From a bacterium (GTDB lineage: Bacteria; Electryoneota; RPQS01): 64,000 bases of DNA. The notes beneath the pieces were generated by a model, which searched no databases, was not told the DNA's origin, and was given only the letters and a program-made list of their open reading frames with translations. The translations under genes and the position numbers were made by a program. The stretch covers positions 1,010 to 65,009 of the forward strand of contig JADLDM010000187.1 in NCBI GenBank assembly GCA_020846695.1, in the 5' to 3' direction. The number at the start of each line of letters is the position of its first letter. Position 1 is the stretch's first letter. This document shows, piece after piece, positions 1 to 10,303 of the stretch.

Positions 1-1214
1 GGTCGTCGCTGCCGAATATCAATCTTGACAATCCTGAAACCGCGCGCTATTATATTGATATGTGCAAGTGGTGGATAGAGGAGTTTGATATTGACGGCTA
101 CCGTTGCGACGTGGCTTGGGGGCCGATGCAGCGCACACCGGAATTCTGGGTGAATTGGAGGGCTGCGTTGAAGGAGATCAAGCCCGAGGTGCTGCTGCTC
201 GCCGAAACCGGCGCGAATGACTTTGCAATTTTTGAAGACCGCTTCGATCTCGCGCTCGATTGGAATTTGCATCATGAGGGCGCGGCCTCGTTTGCAGATA
301 TGTTCCCTTCGATTCCGAGCTTCACAAATTTGACGGATTTGATTACCAACTACGGTTTCCCATGGCCGGAGTACAAGAATCCGCTGCGCTTCATGGAGAA
401 TCACGACGAGTCCCGATACATCAGCTACAAGACTCCGGCGCAAACGAAGCTCGTGTCTGAGTTGATGTTCACGATTCCGGGAGTTCCGATGATTTATGCG
501 GGACAGGAGATCGGCGAGACGTCGCAACGCGGCGTGATCGGCTGGGGAACCGACGCGAACAGTCTCTATCCGCATTATTACCGCCTGATGAACGCGCGCA
601 AGATTCTGCCTGCGATGCGCACAGGTGATTTTACGCTGATTCCCAATTCGCAAACTGGCGCGTGCTATAGCTTCGCGCGCACTGGCGAGGGCATGGACCC
701 TGTCGTCTTCCTCGGGAATTTCAGTTCCGTCTCGCAGGTGGTGAGTGTGACGATTGATCCGACGCTTTTTGGTTTGCATCCCGATTCAACGTACGTTGTG
801 TCTGAGATACTGGGCGGAACGCATTATGAATCGCTTGGCTCAGGTCTGACTTCGATCTTCACGAGTCTTTCGTCGTATTCAGGGCGCGTGTGGGTGATTT
901 CTGATTCGGTGATCACAACCGACGCTCCCGAGCACACGCCGGAAATTCCTAAGACCACTGAGTTGCTTTCGCCATATCCGAATCCGTTTAATCCGCTGGT
1001 GACAATACCATTTGAATTGGCGCGCGCAGGTCGAGTCCAATTGCGCGTCTTTGACGTACTGGGAAGAACCGCAGCCATTTTGCAGGACGGATTGATGACT
1101 GCGGGAACTCACAATCTCGCGTGGGACGGTTCCGGTTTTTCGAGCGGCGTCTATTTTGCCACGCTCGAAGCGGACGGAGTGCGGCAGACCAGAAAGATAT
1201 TGTTGTTGAAGTGA
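1..1214 (+). CDS. GH13 alpha-amylase-family glycoside hydrolase, 5'-truncated by the window edge, with a C-terminal T9SS (Por) sorting domain
   Basis: Frame 0 reads ...LPNINLDNPETARYYIDMCKWWIEEFDIDGYRCDVAW, which is GH13 region II (GYRCD). LAET and FMENHD match regions III/IV. The last ~80 aa (PNPFNPLVTIPFEL...GVYFATLEADG...KILLLK) match the T9SS type-A CTD pattern. The ORF is open to position 1. Confidence 0.8.
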   Translation, partial: SSLPNINLDNPETARYYIDMCKWWIEEFDIDGYRCDVAWGPMQRTPEFWVNWRAALKEIKPEVLLLAETGANDFAIFEDRFDLALDWNLHHEGAASFADMFPSIPSFTNLTDLITNYGFPWPEYKNPLRFMENHDESRYISYKTPAQTKLVSELMFTIPGVPMIYAGQEIGETSQRGVIGWGTDANSLYPHYYRLMNARKILPAMRTGDFTLIPNSQTGACYSFARTGEGMDPVVFLGNFSSVSQVVSVTIDPTLFGLHPDSTYVVSEILGGTHYESLGSGLTSIFTSLSSYSGRVWVISDSVITTDAPEHTPEIPKTTELLSPYPNPFNPLVTIPFELARAGRVQLRVFDVLGRTAAILQDGLMTAGTHNLAWDGSGFSSGVYFATLEADGVRQTRKILLLK

Positions 1215-3895
1215 GAGTGAGATACACCCTTCTTGCAGTATTTCTGCTTTTTACGGAGACCTGCGTTGCACAAATTGAGGTGAAGGCAAGTGAGAATCGT
1301 CCGTTTCTGATTTCCAATGGCAATGGAACCTATCTCTATGGCTCGACGGGCGACAACTGGGACTCTGGATGGATGGGGCTGTGGGTAGACAGGGAGCGCG
1401 TGGCGCCGCCGATAAGGCCTTATAGCCGCCTCGTACGCGGTGGAAGGGGTTTTAACCCCCATAGATTCTCACACTGGGTCTGTGAGGTTGGAAAACGGTC
1501 CGTACGTTGGATAAGCAACGACAAGGAGATGCTCGCGCTGTGGTTTCGACCGAGCAATGACACGCTGTTCTGGTCCTCCGCAGATTGGGTGACGATTAAC
1601 GCTGATACGACGTGGTTCAAGTTCGTTGCATCGGGGGATTCGTCCGAAGTCGGAATGTCTAATGGCCTGCTGAGCGCGGACTCAGATGTAAATGAACCAG
1701 TGGCATGGGCACACGCCCAGCTCCTGAATCTGCTTGCAGAGAACGATTCTCTGCTTTATGCCGGAATTCCATGGTTCAATGAGGGATGGGGACGCGACAC
1801 GTTTATTTCGTTGCCGGGGTTTTTGGTCACGGGGCACTTTGATGTTGCGCGAAAACTGTTAATGAGATTTGCGGGTTGGATTGACCGAGATCCGAAAAGT
1901 CCGACTTACGGGAGGATTCCCAATCGCGTCAGGCCCGGCGAAGACATCGCCTACAACACCGCCGATGGGACAGCGTGGTGGATGCGCGAAGTGTATGAGT
2001 ACGGCATCTACTCCGGCGATTACAGTTTGTGGGATACGCTGCTTGCGGAAGACGGAGCGATGCGGATTGCGCTCGATGCGGCAGTCTTGAAAAGTGATTC
2101 GCTCGGATTTCTCATGCATGGCGACGCGGATACGTGGATGGATGCGGTCGGTCCGAATGGAGCGCACAGCCCGAGGGGAAATCGTGCGATTGAGATTCAG
2201 GCGCTGCACTACGCGAGTTTTGATAACGCGCTGCGCATGACGAAGAATGCGCCGGATGCTTGGGAAGATGCAAAGAAGCGGCTGCGCTGGAATGTGTTCG
2301 CAAACTACTACAATGAAGCTGGAGAGTATTTCTACGACCGGTTGATGCCGGATGGTCGCGCCGACACGACGATGCGGCCCAATCAGCTCTTTGTCTATAC
2401 GATTCCCATGACGCCGCTTGTGCCGCCGCAAACAGAATTGCCGGTCTTGGAAAATGCTGCGCGCGAGACGATTCACGAGCATGGCGTGCTGTCGCTTTCG
2501 CCGGAGGATACGTGCTTTCATCCTTATCACATGGATTGGCACTATCCGAAGGACGACGCCTATCATCAGGGAATTGCGTGGGTGTGGCTCTCGGGGCCTG
2601 CAAAGAGTTTGCTCGTGAGGAATGGGCGCGGCGATCTTGCGTTGAAGATTGCGGAATACGAAGCAGAGCTGATTCGCGAGCGCGGATTGGTGGGATCGCT
2701 GCCGGAGTTGCTCGACGCGATGAAGCGGCCCGGCGAAGATGAAATCGCAATGTCTGGAACAACGTCGCAGGCGTGGAGCTTAGCGGAGTTCTTGCGAACG
2801 ACGTATCAGGACTTTTTGGGAATCCGCCCGGTGATCCATGGCCGCGATGAACCGTTTTGGCTTTTTGCGCCGAGGATACCTGAGAAGTGGGGTATGGTGG
2901 AGACGCGCGTGACGTGCGGCGGACTTCCGATTCAGGTGAGGATGCAGCAGTTTGCGGATTCTACGGTGATTGATCTGCTTCCTGAGCAGAAGCCCACGAC
3001 GCCGTTGGCGGTGAAGTTCTTCGACATCGAAAAGGGAATCACAGGACTCATCAAGACGGACGATCCGCTGCATGTGGTGTATCGGAAGAAAGATAACGTC
3101 TGTCTTGCGGACGGCGTGCCGACGGCGCAGGTGAAGCTCACCGGATGGCCCTATGACAAGGGCCCGAAAGAGCTTGAGCTTGCCAAGCCCATCACGCGAA
3201 CGGATTTCACTTCGTTGAAAGATCCCGATTGGGAGATTCTCGCGGGGGACGATATTCACTGCGACATTCAGTATTCGCTGCTGTTGACGCGGGCCACGGA
3301 TTCTTTGGGTGATGACGATGGCGGTGCGGGATACGTTTACCCGAGTGACGAAAACTTCGTTAAGGGTATTCTCGATATTGAGCAGCTTGAAGTGCGAGAC
3401 GCAAAGGATAGATACTACTTTGAATTGAAGTTTGATTCGCTCGCGCAGCCGGGTTGGCATCCCGAATACGGATTTCAATTGACCTATGCGGCAATCTGCC
3501 TGCACACGGAAAACGCGAAGCGCACGGAGCTCGGTGCGAATTCCAATTTGACGCTTGACACTCCCGCCGAGCGCATTATTTATGTCGGCGGTGGAGTGCG
3601 CGTTGAAGATGAGCGCGGCAAGATTTTGGGCGAGTTCATTCCGCGTGATAACAAGGACGCGTTTGGCAACGTCGCGACTTCGACGATTTCATTTTGTCTG
3701 CCGAAATCGCTCTTTCCTCCGAACGACGGAAGTTGGACGTGGACGATATTCTCCGGTGCGCAGGATGATCACGGTGGCGCGGGAATCGGAGAATTTCGCA
3801 GCGTGAAACCAGCCGTCGAGCGCTGGGCAGGCGGAGGAAACGAGCACGACGGACCAAACATTTACGATCGGCTGAGCACACTCAGTCCGAAATGA
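1211..3895 (+). CDS. Secreted amylo-alpha-1,6-glucosidase / glycogen-debranching-enzyme (GDE_C-like) family protein
   Basis: A GTG at 1211 overlaps the upstream stop (GTGA) and gives the signal peptide VRVRYTLLAVFLLFTETCVAQ. The motif GDADTWMDAVGPNG...RGNRAIEIQALHYASFDNAL is typical of the GDE_C (amylo-1,6-glucosidase) fold. Confidence 0.7.
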   Translation: MRVRYTLLAVFLLFTETCVAQIEVKASENRPFLISNGNGTYLYGSTGDNWDSGWMGLWVDRERVAPPIRPYSRLVRGGRGFNPHRFSHWVCEVGKRSVRWISNDKEMLALWFRPSNDTLFWSSADWVTINADTTWFKFVASGDSSEVGMSNGLLSADSDVNEPVAWAHAQLLNLLAENDSLLYAGIPWFNEGWGRDTFISLPGFLVTGHFDVARKLLMRFAGWIDRDPKSPTYGRIPNRVRPGEDIAYNTADGTAWWMREVYEYGIYSGDYSLWDTLLAEDGAMRIALDAAVLKSDSLGFLMHGDADTWMDAVGPNGAHSPRGNRAIEIQALHYASFDNALRMTKNAPDAWEDAKKRLRWNVFANYYNEAGEYFYDRLMPDGRADTTMRPNQLFVYTIPMTPLVPPQTELPVLENAARETIHEHGVLSLSPEDTCFHPYHMDWHYPKDDAYHQGIAWVWLSGPAKSLLVRNGRGDLALKIAEYEAELIRERGLVGSLPELLDAMKRPGEDEIAMSGTTSQAWSLAEFLRTTYQDFLGIRPVIHGRDEPFWLFAPRIPEKWGMVETRVTCGGLPIQVRMQQFADSTVIDLLPEQKPTTPLAVKFFDIEKGITGLIKTDDPLHVVYRKKDNVCLADGVPTAQVKLTGWPYDKGPKELELAKPITRTDFTSLKDPDWEILAGDDIHCDIQYSLLLTRATDSLGDDDGGAGYVYPSDENFVKGILDIEQLEVRDAKDRYYFELKFDSLAQPGWHPEYGFQLTYAAICLHTENAKRTELGANSNLTLDTPAERIIYVGGGVRVEDERGKILGEFIPRDNKDAFGNVATSTISFCLPKSLFPPNDGSWTWTIFSGAQDDHGGAGIGEFRSVKPAVERWAGGGNEHDGPNIYDRLSTLSPK

Positions 3896-3918
3896 TCGCA
3901 ACTTAGCGAAACAACTTC

Positions 3919-4992
3919 ATGGCAAGCATTGAGCTGCGCAACATTCGCAAGGTCTTCGGCAGTACGATAGTTTTGCCGGATATCAGTTTCACGGTGCGCG
4001 AGGACGAATTCGTCGTGCTGGTGGGACCTTCCGGCTGCGGCAAGTCCACAATTTTGAGAACCATCGCAGGTCTCGAAACGCCGACTTCCGGCGAAGTGTG
4101 GATCGGAGGAAAGAATATCACCGAGGTGCATCCACGCGACCGCGACGTGGCGATGGTGTTTCAAAGCTACGCGCTCTATCCGCATCTTTCCGTCTATGAC
4201 AACATGGCTTTCGGCCTGCGTATGAGAAAATTCGCGGAGAGCGAAATTGACAAGCGAGTGCGCGAGGCTGCGGCCTTTTTCCAACTCGATGAACTCCTGC
4301 AAAGAAAGCCTAAGCAGCTTTCCGGCGGACAGAGGCAGCGCGTTGCCTTAGGCCGCGCGGTCGTGAGAAATCCCTCGACGTTTCTTTTCGACGAGCCGCT
4401 TTCCAATCTTGATGCAAAGCTGCGCGCGCATACCAGAACGGAGATTGCGCGTTTGCATAAGCGCCTTAAGACCTCGATGGTCTATGTGACGCACGATCAG
4501 ATTGAAGCGATGACTATGGGAGAGAGAATTGTCGTCTTGAAGGATGGCGAAATACAGCAGATTGATACACCGCTCAATGTCTATCGCAAGCCAGCGAATC
4601 GCTTTGTCGCCGGATTCATCGGATCGCCTGCGATGAATTTCATACCCGGAACACGCGAGGGGGGGTCGCTGCGAACGGATTTCTGTAAATTCGAGTTGTT
4701 GGCCGCCACGCAATCGGCCGCAAAGAGTTCCATAACACTTGGACTTCGTCCCGAGCAGATTCTATTAGGCCCTGCGCAGAACGGGCACGTTGGATTCAAT
4801 CTCCTCGTGGACGTCGTGGAGCCGATGGGTAACGAGCTTCTGGTTTACGGTCGTGCCGGTACGCAATCGCTCGTGGTGCGCTGTGATCCGAAGGCCGCTA
4901 TCGCTATTGATCAGACGGTGCCGATGCACTTTGATCCACAGGCGGTTCACTATTTTGATGGTGAAAACGAAAAGGCGCTCCCCATTTCCTGA
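3919..4992 (+). CDS. Sugar ABC transporter ATP-binding protein (MalK/MsmX/UgpC type)
   Basis: Walker A GPSGCGKST, signature LSGGQRQR, Walker B FLFDEPLSNLD, and a C-terminal TOBE-like regulatory domain. Confidence 0.9.
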   Translation: MASIELRNIRKVFGSTIVLPDISFTVREDEFVVLVGPSGCGKSTILRTIAGLETPTSGEVWIGGKNITEVHPRDRDVAMVFQSYALYPHLSVYDNMAFGLRMRKFAESEIDKRVREAAAFFQLDELLQRKPKQLSGGQRQRVALGRAVVRNPSTFLFDEPLSNLDAKLRAHTRTEIARLHKRLKTSMVYVTHDQIEAMTMGERIVVLKDGEIQQIDTPLNVYRKPANRFVAGFIGSPAMNFIPGTREGGSLRTDFCKFELLAATQSAAKSSITLGLRPEQILLGPAQNGHVGFNLLVDVVEPMGNELLVYGRAGTQSLVVRCDPKAAIAIDQTVPMHFDPQAVHYFDGENEKALPIS

Positions 4993-5002
4993 GCGCAACA
5001 TT

Positions 5003-7273
5003 ATGCCGATACTCCTTGCACTCCTTCTTATTGTGACGACCAGCTGCGCCGCCAAGACGGGCGACCTCTATCTGAATATCATCTGGCATCAGCATCAGCC
5101 GCTCTATCTTGACCCGGAAACGGATGAGCTGCGCGGGCCGTGGGTGCGCACGCACGCGACGAAAGATTACTATGACATGGCGGAACTCATTGGGCGTTAT
5201 CCCGAGATTCACGCCACGATCAATCTGACGTCGTCGCTCTTGATGCAGCTTCAGGACTACTACGTCGTGCGTTTGTCGCCGCATCTTCGTGACGGTGCGG
5301 ATGGAAAACGCGAAATTGATGCCGCAGCGTATTTTGCCGCGGGTCGTAAGACGGATCCGTGGATTGATCTTGCGTTGAGGCCAACAGAGTCCTTCACGGA
5401 AGCGGATCGCGCGAAGCTTGTGAGTGAATCGTGGAACGCGTTCGGAATTTCTGACGTGCAGATTCAGCACTTTCCTGAGTATCTTGCGTTAAGGACAAAG
5501 GCGCGCGATTCCTTGACGACTGACGATCTGCGCGACATCAAGGCGTGGTTTTTCCTCGCGCATTTTGATCCCGACTTCCTACGCGGCACGTCGCCTCTCG
5601 ATGTCAACTTGACCGACCTTGTTGAAGAGCGCGAAGGCAAGTTCTATCGAGACGGACACTTCAGCGAGCGCGATGCGAATCGGTTGGTTGCCGATGCGGT
5701 TCGCGTCATGCAAGAGGTTCGGAGTGTTCACGGCAGTCTCGACTTTGATAATGAGAAGCGGAGAGCGGACGGAACCGCCATTTGGCAGTGCGAATTAATT
5801 ACAACACCTTTCTATCATCCGATACTCCCGCTGCTGATTGACTCTGACATCGCAAGGACATGCCAACCGAACGCAGCGTTGCCGAATAGGTTTGCGTACC
5901 CGTCGGATGCTGAAGCGCAGATTGTGAAAGGCAGTTATAATTTCGTCATGACGTTCGGCTATCCGAACATAGGTATGTGGCCGGCGGAAGGTTCGATCTC
6001 GAAGGATGCAGCGGAAGCCTTTGCAAAACTCGGCATGAAGTGGATCTGCGGAGATATGCACGTCTTGTCGAAATCAAAGCCTTCGTCGCTTCCCGTTGCG
6101 CGGCCCTATCGCATCGAGTCGCCGAGCGGGCCGATTGCCATTGTATTTCGTGAGACCACGCTTTCTGATCACATCGGATTCAGCTATCAGAAGATGGAGC
6201 CGAAAGCATCCGTCGAGCACTTTATTCGCGAGATTCTGAAGTTCAAGCCTAAAGGCGATGAGGGCGACTGCCTGCTCACGGTGATTCTCGACGGCGAGAA
6301 CGCTTGGGAATGGTACGAACACGACATGGACGGCAAGGAGTTCCTGCGCGGATTGTACGAGCGCTTAACTGCTTTACGTGAGAACAAAGTTGTTACATGC
6401 GTAACGCCCACTGAGTACTTCATGGGCAATCCCGAACGCGGCGTGCCGCCACATCCCATCAAGGACCTTACCGAGATAACAGAACTCTGGCCAGGGTCGT
6501 GGATCAATGCGAACTACGATACATGGATTGGTGAGTCCGAAGAAAATAAGGCTTGGGAATACTTGCTTCAGACCCGTAGAGATCTTGAAATGAGTGGATT
6601 GCCGCAGCCGCCCTTTATTAACAATGCGATGCCCGAGATGACGCGGGGATTCCGGGAGAGCGGACTTACCGAAGAACAATGGTATGCGGCAAGCGCTGCC
6701 TACGAATCTATGTACGCCGCGGAAGGCTCTGACTGGTTTTGGTGGTACGGCGCCGATCAGAGCGCTGGCGGAGGTGACAAGCCATTCGAGGACGCATTCT
6801 TCTCGCACCTGCGCGCAGTCTATCGCCACATGCAAGAGGCCGGTGTGAAGATTGAGACGCCGGAATTCGCTCCGATCCTAAGCGCAGCGAAACGAGACGT
6901 GCAGGAAGCCGGCGGAGCTATGGCGCGCAATTCAGAAATGCGGCAGGTGCGCTTCGAGTGTGAAGCGCGGCGGATTGAAGTACTGCGCTCCATTTTCATA
7001 GCAGGTAATCGCCCGGAATTTTCCGATTGGAATCCCAACGTCACCGCGTTATTCGATGACGGAACGCGCGGCGACGTGAAAGCCAAAGACGGCGTCTGGA
7101 GTCTCCTCATTGAACTTCCCGTCGGCGCCGAAATACAATATAAGTACACGAATTCCGGTGAGCCAGGGCAGTGGCAGCCTTCGGAAGAATTTCAGCAGGG
7201 CAATCGTGCCTTCACGGTAGAAGCCGGTGATGGGCCTCTTGTTCGACACGACAAGTTCGGTGTGCATGAGTAA
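5003..7273 (+). CDS. GH57-family glycoside hydrolase (alpha-amylase / 4-alpha-glucanotransferase-like) with a C-terminal CBM20/48-like starch-binding domain
   Basis: It has a signal peptide MPILLALLLIVTTSCAA. GH57 region I is WHQHQPLY and region III is MWPAEGS. The C-terminus ...VLRSIFIAGNRPEFSDWNPNV...EIQYKYT is CBM20/48-like. The ATG at 5003 lies 11 nt after the malK-like stop. Confidence 0.8.
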   Translation: MPILLALLLIVTTSCAAKTGDLYLNIIWHQHQPLYLDPETDELRGPWVRTHATKDYYDMAELIGRYPEIHATINLTSSLLMQLQDYYVVRLSPHLRDGADGKREIDAAAYFAAGRKTDPWIDLALRPTESFTEADRAKLVSESWNAFGISDVQIQHFPEYLALRTKARDSLTTDDLRDIKAWFFLAHFDPDFLRGTSPLDVNLTDLVEEREGKFYRDGHFSERDANRLVADAVRVMQEVRSVHGSLDFDNEKRRADGTAIWQCELITTPFYHPILPLLIDSDIARTCQPNAALPNRFAYPSDAEAQIVKGSYNFVMTFGYPNIGMWPAEGSISKDAAEAFAKLGMKWICGDMHVLSKSKPSSLPVARPYRIESPSGPIAIVFRETTLSDHIGFSYQKMEPKASVEHFIREILKFKPKGDEGDCLLTVILDGENAWEWYEHDMDGKEFLRGLYERLTALRENKVVTCVTPTEYFMGNPERGVPPHPIKDLTEITELWPGSWINANYDTWIGESEENKAWEYLLQTRRDLEMSGLPQPPFINNAMPEMTRGFRESGLTEEQWYAASAAYESMYAAEGSDWFWWYGADQSAGGGDKPFEDAFFSHLRAVYRHMQEAGVKIETPEFAPILSAAKRDVQEAGGAMARNSEMRQVRFECEARRIEVLRSIFIAGNRPEFSDWNPNVTALFDDGTRGDVKAKDGVWSLLIELPVGAEIQYKYTNSGEPGQWQPSEEFQQGNRAFTVEAGDGPLVRHDKFGVHE

Positions 7274-8489
7274 ATTTCTGACAGTCGCCGCGATGCTGCT
7301 CTGCGCGCTCGGCTGTGAAAAGCGCGACGGAGCGACACGCATTCAGCTCTGGCATCAGATGCAGCCGGAAGATCGCGCCGTGCTGATGCAAGTGATTGCC
7401 GAATATGACAGCGCACATGCGAACGTCGAGGTTGAGGTGATCTATAAGGAAACGGAAGATCTTCGCTCGAGTTTTCAGACGGCGGCGCTCGCGGGATTGG
7501 GACCTGATTTGATCTATGGCCCCTCCGATCAGGTGGGACCCTTTGCCACGATGCAATTCGTCGAGCCGCTTGATCGTCTCGTGGACGCAAACTTATTGAA
7601 GAAGCTCGACGAGCGCGCGGCAGTGAAATTCAAGGGACACATCTATCAGGTCGCGGATCGCATCGGAAATCACCTCACGCTGGTTTACAACAAGAAGCTC
7701 CTCCCTACACCGCCGAAGACGACTGACGAGTTGATTGAAATGGGTAGAGCAGTTTCGCGCGACACAAACGGCGACGGCGCAACAGATATCTACGGCATCG
7801 TCTGGAATTTCACCGAACCGTTTTTTTTCGTTCCGTGGTTCTCAGGTTTCGGCGGATGGGTGATGGATGAGCAGGGCAATCCGAGCTTGAGCGGCGACGC
7901 GGCGGCAAATGCCTTTCGCTTCGTGAAATCGTTGCGCGATGACTATCACATCGTGCCGCCCGATTGCGATTATAACACCGCGGACGTGCTCTTCAAAGAA
8001 GGGCGCGCCGCGATGCTGGTGAACGGCCCGTGGTCATGGGCGGGATATGGAAATGCAGGCGTGGATTACGAACTTGCGCGCATTCCGCAAGTCACTTCAA
8101 CGGGATTGTGGCCTGCGCCGATGGTGTCGCCATTGGGCTACTCCCTGAACGCGAACAGTGAAGATAAAGAGCGCGACGAGGCCCTGCTCTTGTTGGATTA
8201 TTTGTTATCTGACGGAGTGCAACAGAAGTTTGTCGAAGCAACGGGAATTATTCCGGCGAGCCTTGCCCTGCGCGCTGATTCAAGTTTTCTTTCGCGCCCG
8301 CACATGGAGGAGAGCCTCTCGCAGCTTGAAGTCGGACGCGCGATGCCGGTCGTTCCTGAACTGCGCGCAGTGTGGGATGCGATGAGACCTGCGTATCAAG
8401 CGGTGCTGGGCGGATATCTTTCGCCGGAAGAGGCCGCGAAACAGATGCAGAAGGACGCCGAGCAGAAGATTCGGGAGATGAATGAATAA
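7266..8489 (+). CDS. ABC transporter substrate-binding lipoprotein (maltodextrin/oligosaccharide, MalE-like family 1 SBP)
   Basis: MSKFLTVAAMLLCALGC carries a lipobox LGC. The length (~407 aa) and composition fit a cluster-B SBP. It lies between the ATPase and the permeases. Confidence 0.8.
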   Translation: MSKFLTVAAMLLCALGCEKRDGATRIQLWHQMQPEDRAVLMQVIAEYDSAHANVEVEVIYKETEDLRSSFQTAALAGLGPDLIYGPSDQVGPFATMQFVEPLDRLVDANLLKKLDERAAVKFKGHIYQVADRIGNHLTLVYNKKLLPTPPKTTDELIEMGRAVSRDTNGDGATDIYGIVWNFTEPFFFVPWFSGFGGWVMDEQGNPSLSGDAAANAFRFVKSLRDDYHIVPPDCDYNTADVLFKEGRAAMLVNGPWSWAGYGNAGVDYELARIPQVTSTGLWPAPMVSPLGYSLNANSEDKERDEALLLLDYLLSDGVQQKFVEATGIIPASLALRADSSFLSRPHMEESLSQLEVGRAMPVVPELRAVWDAMRPAYQAVLGGYLSPEEAAKQMQKDAEQKIREMNE

Positions 8490-9357
8490 GGAACGAAATT
8501 TCGCAATGTGGATGGTGATGCCCGCCGCGATTGTGGTAGGACTGGTCGTGGTATGGCCTTTCATCTACAATGTGTTCATCTCGCTCTCGAACATGAGCCT
8601 CCTGCACATTCATGATTGGAAGTTTGTCGGACTGAAGCAGTATCAGAAGGTCTTCAGCGACACAGCTTTTTATGTGGTAATGGGAAAGACGTTTGTTTGG
8701 ACGATTATCAACGTTACCTTTCACGTGACGATCGGCGTTGCGTTGGCGGTGATTCTGCATGAGAATGTGCCCGGCAAACGACTTTTCCGCACGCTGCTGA
8801 TTCTGCCGTGGGCGATTCCGCCGGTGGTCACTGCATTGACTTGGCGCGGATTGTTTCACTATGAATATGGCGCCGTCAATCTGATTTGGACTAAGGTTTT
8901 CGAGCAGACTCCGATTCAGTGGCTGAATGATCCTGTCGGCACGTTTGCGGCGTGTGTGGTGACGAATGTCTGGCTCGGATTTCCCTTCATGATGGTCGTT
9001 GCGCTCGGAGGACTTCAGAGTATTCCGCGCGAACTCTATGAGGCCGCCATGATTGACGGCGCATCTGCATGGCAGAGATTTAAGACCATTACTCTTCCGA
9101 TGCTCGTGCCAGTCTTGACGCCGGCAATCGTCTTAGGGTTCGTTTGGACCTTCAACAAAGTTGACATTATCTGGCTTGTTTCAAACGGCGGGGAACCCGC
9201 TGACAAGACTCACATATTGGTTTCGTTTGTTTATCGCGCGGCCTTCAATCTCTATCGCTACGGCTATGCCGCCGCGGGGTCCATCGTGATTTTTGCCTTG
9301 CTGGTCATATTCTCCGTCGTGTTCATGCGGCGCGCCAAAATGAAGATGGCGGACTGA
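8482..9357 (+). CDS. Sugar ABC transporter permease (MalF/UgpA-like)
   Basis: Multi-TM protein with an EAA-like loop (YEAAMIDGASAWQRFKTITLP). It overlaps the SBP stop. Confidence 0.85.
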   Translation: MNKERNFAMWMVMPAAIVVGLVVVWPFIYNVFISLSNMSLLHIHDWKFVGLKQYQKVFSDTAFYVVMGKTFVWTIINVTFHVTIGVALAVILHENVPGKRLFRTLLILPWAIPPVVTALTWRGLFHYEYGAVNLIWTKVFEQTPIQWLNDPVGTFAACVVTNVWLGFPFMMVVALGGLQSIPRELYEAAMIDGASAWQRFKTITLPMLVPVLTPAIVLGFVWTFNKVDIIWLVSNGGEPADKTHILVSFVYRAAFNLYRYGYAAAGSIVIFALLVIFSVVFMRRAKMKMAD

Positions 9358-9358
9358 G

Positions 9359-10177
9359 ATGCTCAGAAAAATTGTTCTCACAACCGTCATGATCGTCATC
9401 ACCGTGATGACGCTCTATCCCGTGCTCACGGTGGTCACGGTTTCGTTGCGCCCAGCGGATCGTTTGCTTTCGACGTCGCTCGAAATTATTCCTGACGACG
9501 CGACGTTTGACAACTATGTCGCACTGTTCACCGAGCGGCCCTTTGCACGCTGGCTCTTGAACAGCACGCTGGTCGCCGCCGCTGTTACGATCTTCGCAAC
9601 GGCGTTAGCTTCAACGGCGGGTTATGCTTTTTCACGTTTCCGATTTCCGGGTTACAGGGCCGGCATGAGTCTGCTTCTGATTACTCAGATGTTTCCGGCG
9701 ACGATGCTCCTCTTGCCGCTCTTTCTGATGCTGGCGAAACTTCATCTCATCAATTCTTATATAGGATTGATGGTGGTTTATTCGGCGACAGCGCTTCCCT
9801 TCACGGTTTGGCAGATGAAGGGCTACTACGATACGATTCCGCGCGAACTGGAAGAAGCTGCGATGCTGGACGGCGCGAGCCGGTTTAAGACCTTCTATTT
9901 GGTCATCCTGCCGCTCGCCGCTCCGGCTCTGGTGATTACCGCGTTGTTCAGTTTTCTGACCGCTTGGAGTGAATACATCGTCGCCGCGCAGGTGCTGCTG
10001 ACGGAGGATATGTACACGCTTCCTATCGGATTGAAGCAGTTTCAGTCGAGCATGACTACCGAATGGGGACTTTACGCGGCGGGCTCAATTGTGGTTAGTA
10101 TTCCTGTGATTGCATTGTTCTTGAAATTGTCCAAATGGCTTGTGTCAGGACTTACACTTGGCAGCGTGAAGGGATAG
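9359..10177 (+). CDS. Sugar ABC transporter permease (MalG/UgpE-like)
   Basis: Multi-TM protein with the EAA motif ELEEAAMLDGASRFKTFYLVILP. It starts 2 nt after the previous gene. Confidence 0.85.
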   Translation: MLRKIVLTTVMIVITVMTLYPVLTVVTVSLRPADRLLSTSLEIIPDDATFDNYVALFTERPFARWLLNSTLVAAAVTIFATALASTAGYAFSRFRFPGYRAGMSLLLITQMFPATMLLLPLFLMLAKLHLINSYIGLMVVYSATALPFTVWQMKGYYDTIPRELEEAAMLDGASRFKTFYLVILPLAAPALVITALFSFLTAWSEYIVAAQVLLTEDMYTLPIGLKQFQSSMTTEWGLYAAGSIVVSIPVIALFLKLSKWLVSGLTLGSVKG

Positions 10178-10255
10178 ATGATTATGAAGAGACTTGTATT
10201 TATTTTGCTCATGGTTTCCGGCGCATGGGCCGGAACAGACACGGATTGGAAGTAG
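10178..10255 (+). other. Orphan 25-codon signal-peptide ORF (MIMKRLVFILLMVSGAWAGTDTDWK) ending in TAG, in frame with the downstream 1099-aa ORF
   Basis: ATG at 10178 directly follows the malG-like stop. The peptide has an n-region KR, an h-region and an AWA|G signal-peptidase site. A TAG at 10253-10255 is followed in the same frame by EYWIATDAINEVERGDLDLCNV..., which is the N-terminus of ORF 10304. Confidence 0.5.
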
Positions 10256-10303
10256 GAGTATTGGATTGCCACCGACGCCATCAATGAAGTCGAGCGCGGT
10301 GAC

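Noticed and set aside
1859-2762. Long antisense ORFs (235 and 216 aa, minus strand) inside the GDE-type glucosidase gene
   Set aside because: They are Arg/Pro/Ala-rich low-complexity translations typical of the opposite strand of a GC-rich gene. They have no motifs and overlap a strongly supported plus-strand CDS.
4790-5002. N-terminal extension of the GH57 ORF (track start 4790) overlapping the malK-like gene
   Set aside because: The extension is an Arg/Trp-rich read-through of the other frame. A proper signal peptide begins at the ATG at 5003, directly after the upstream stop.
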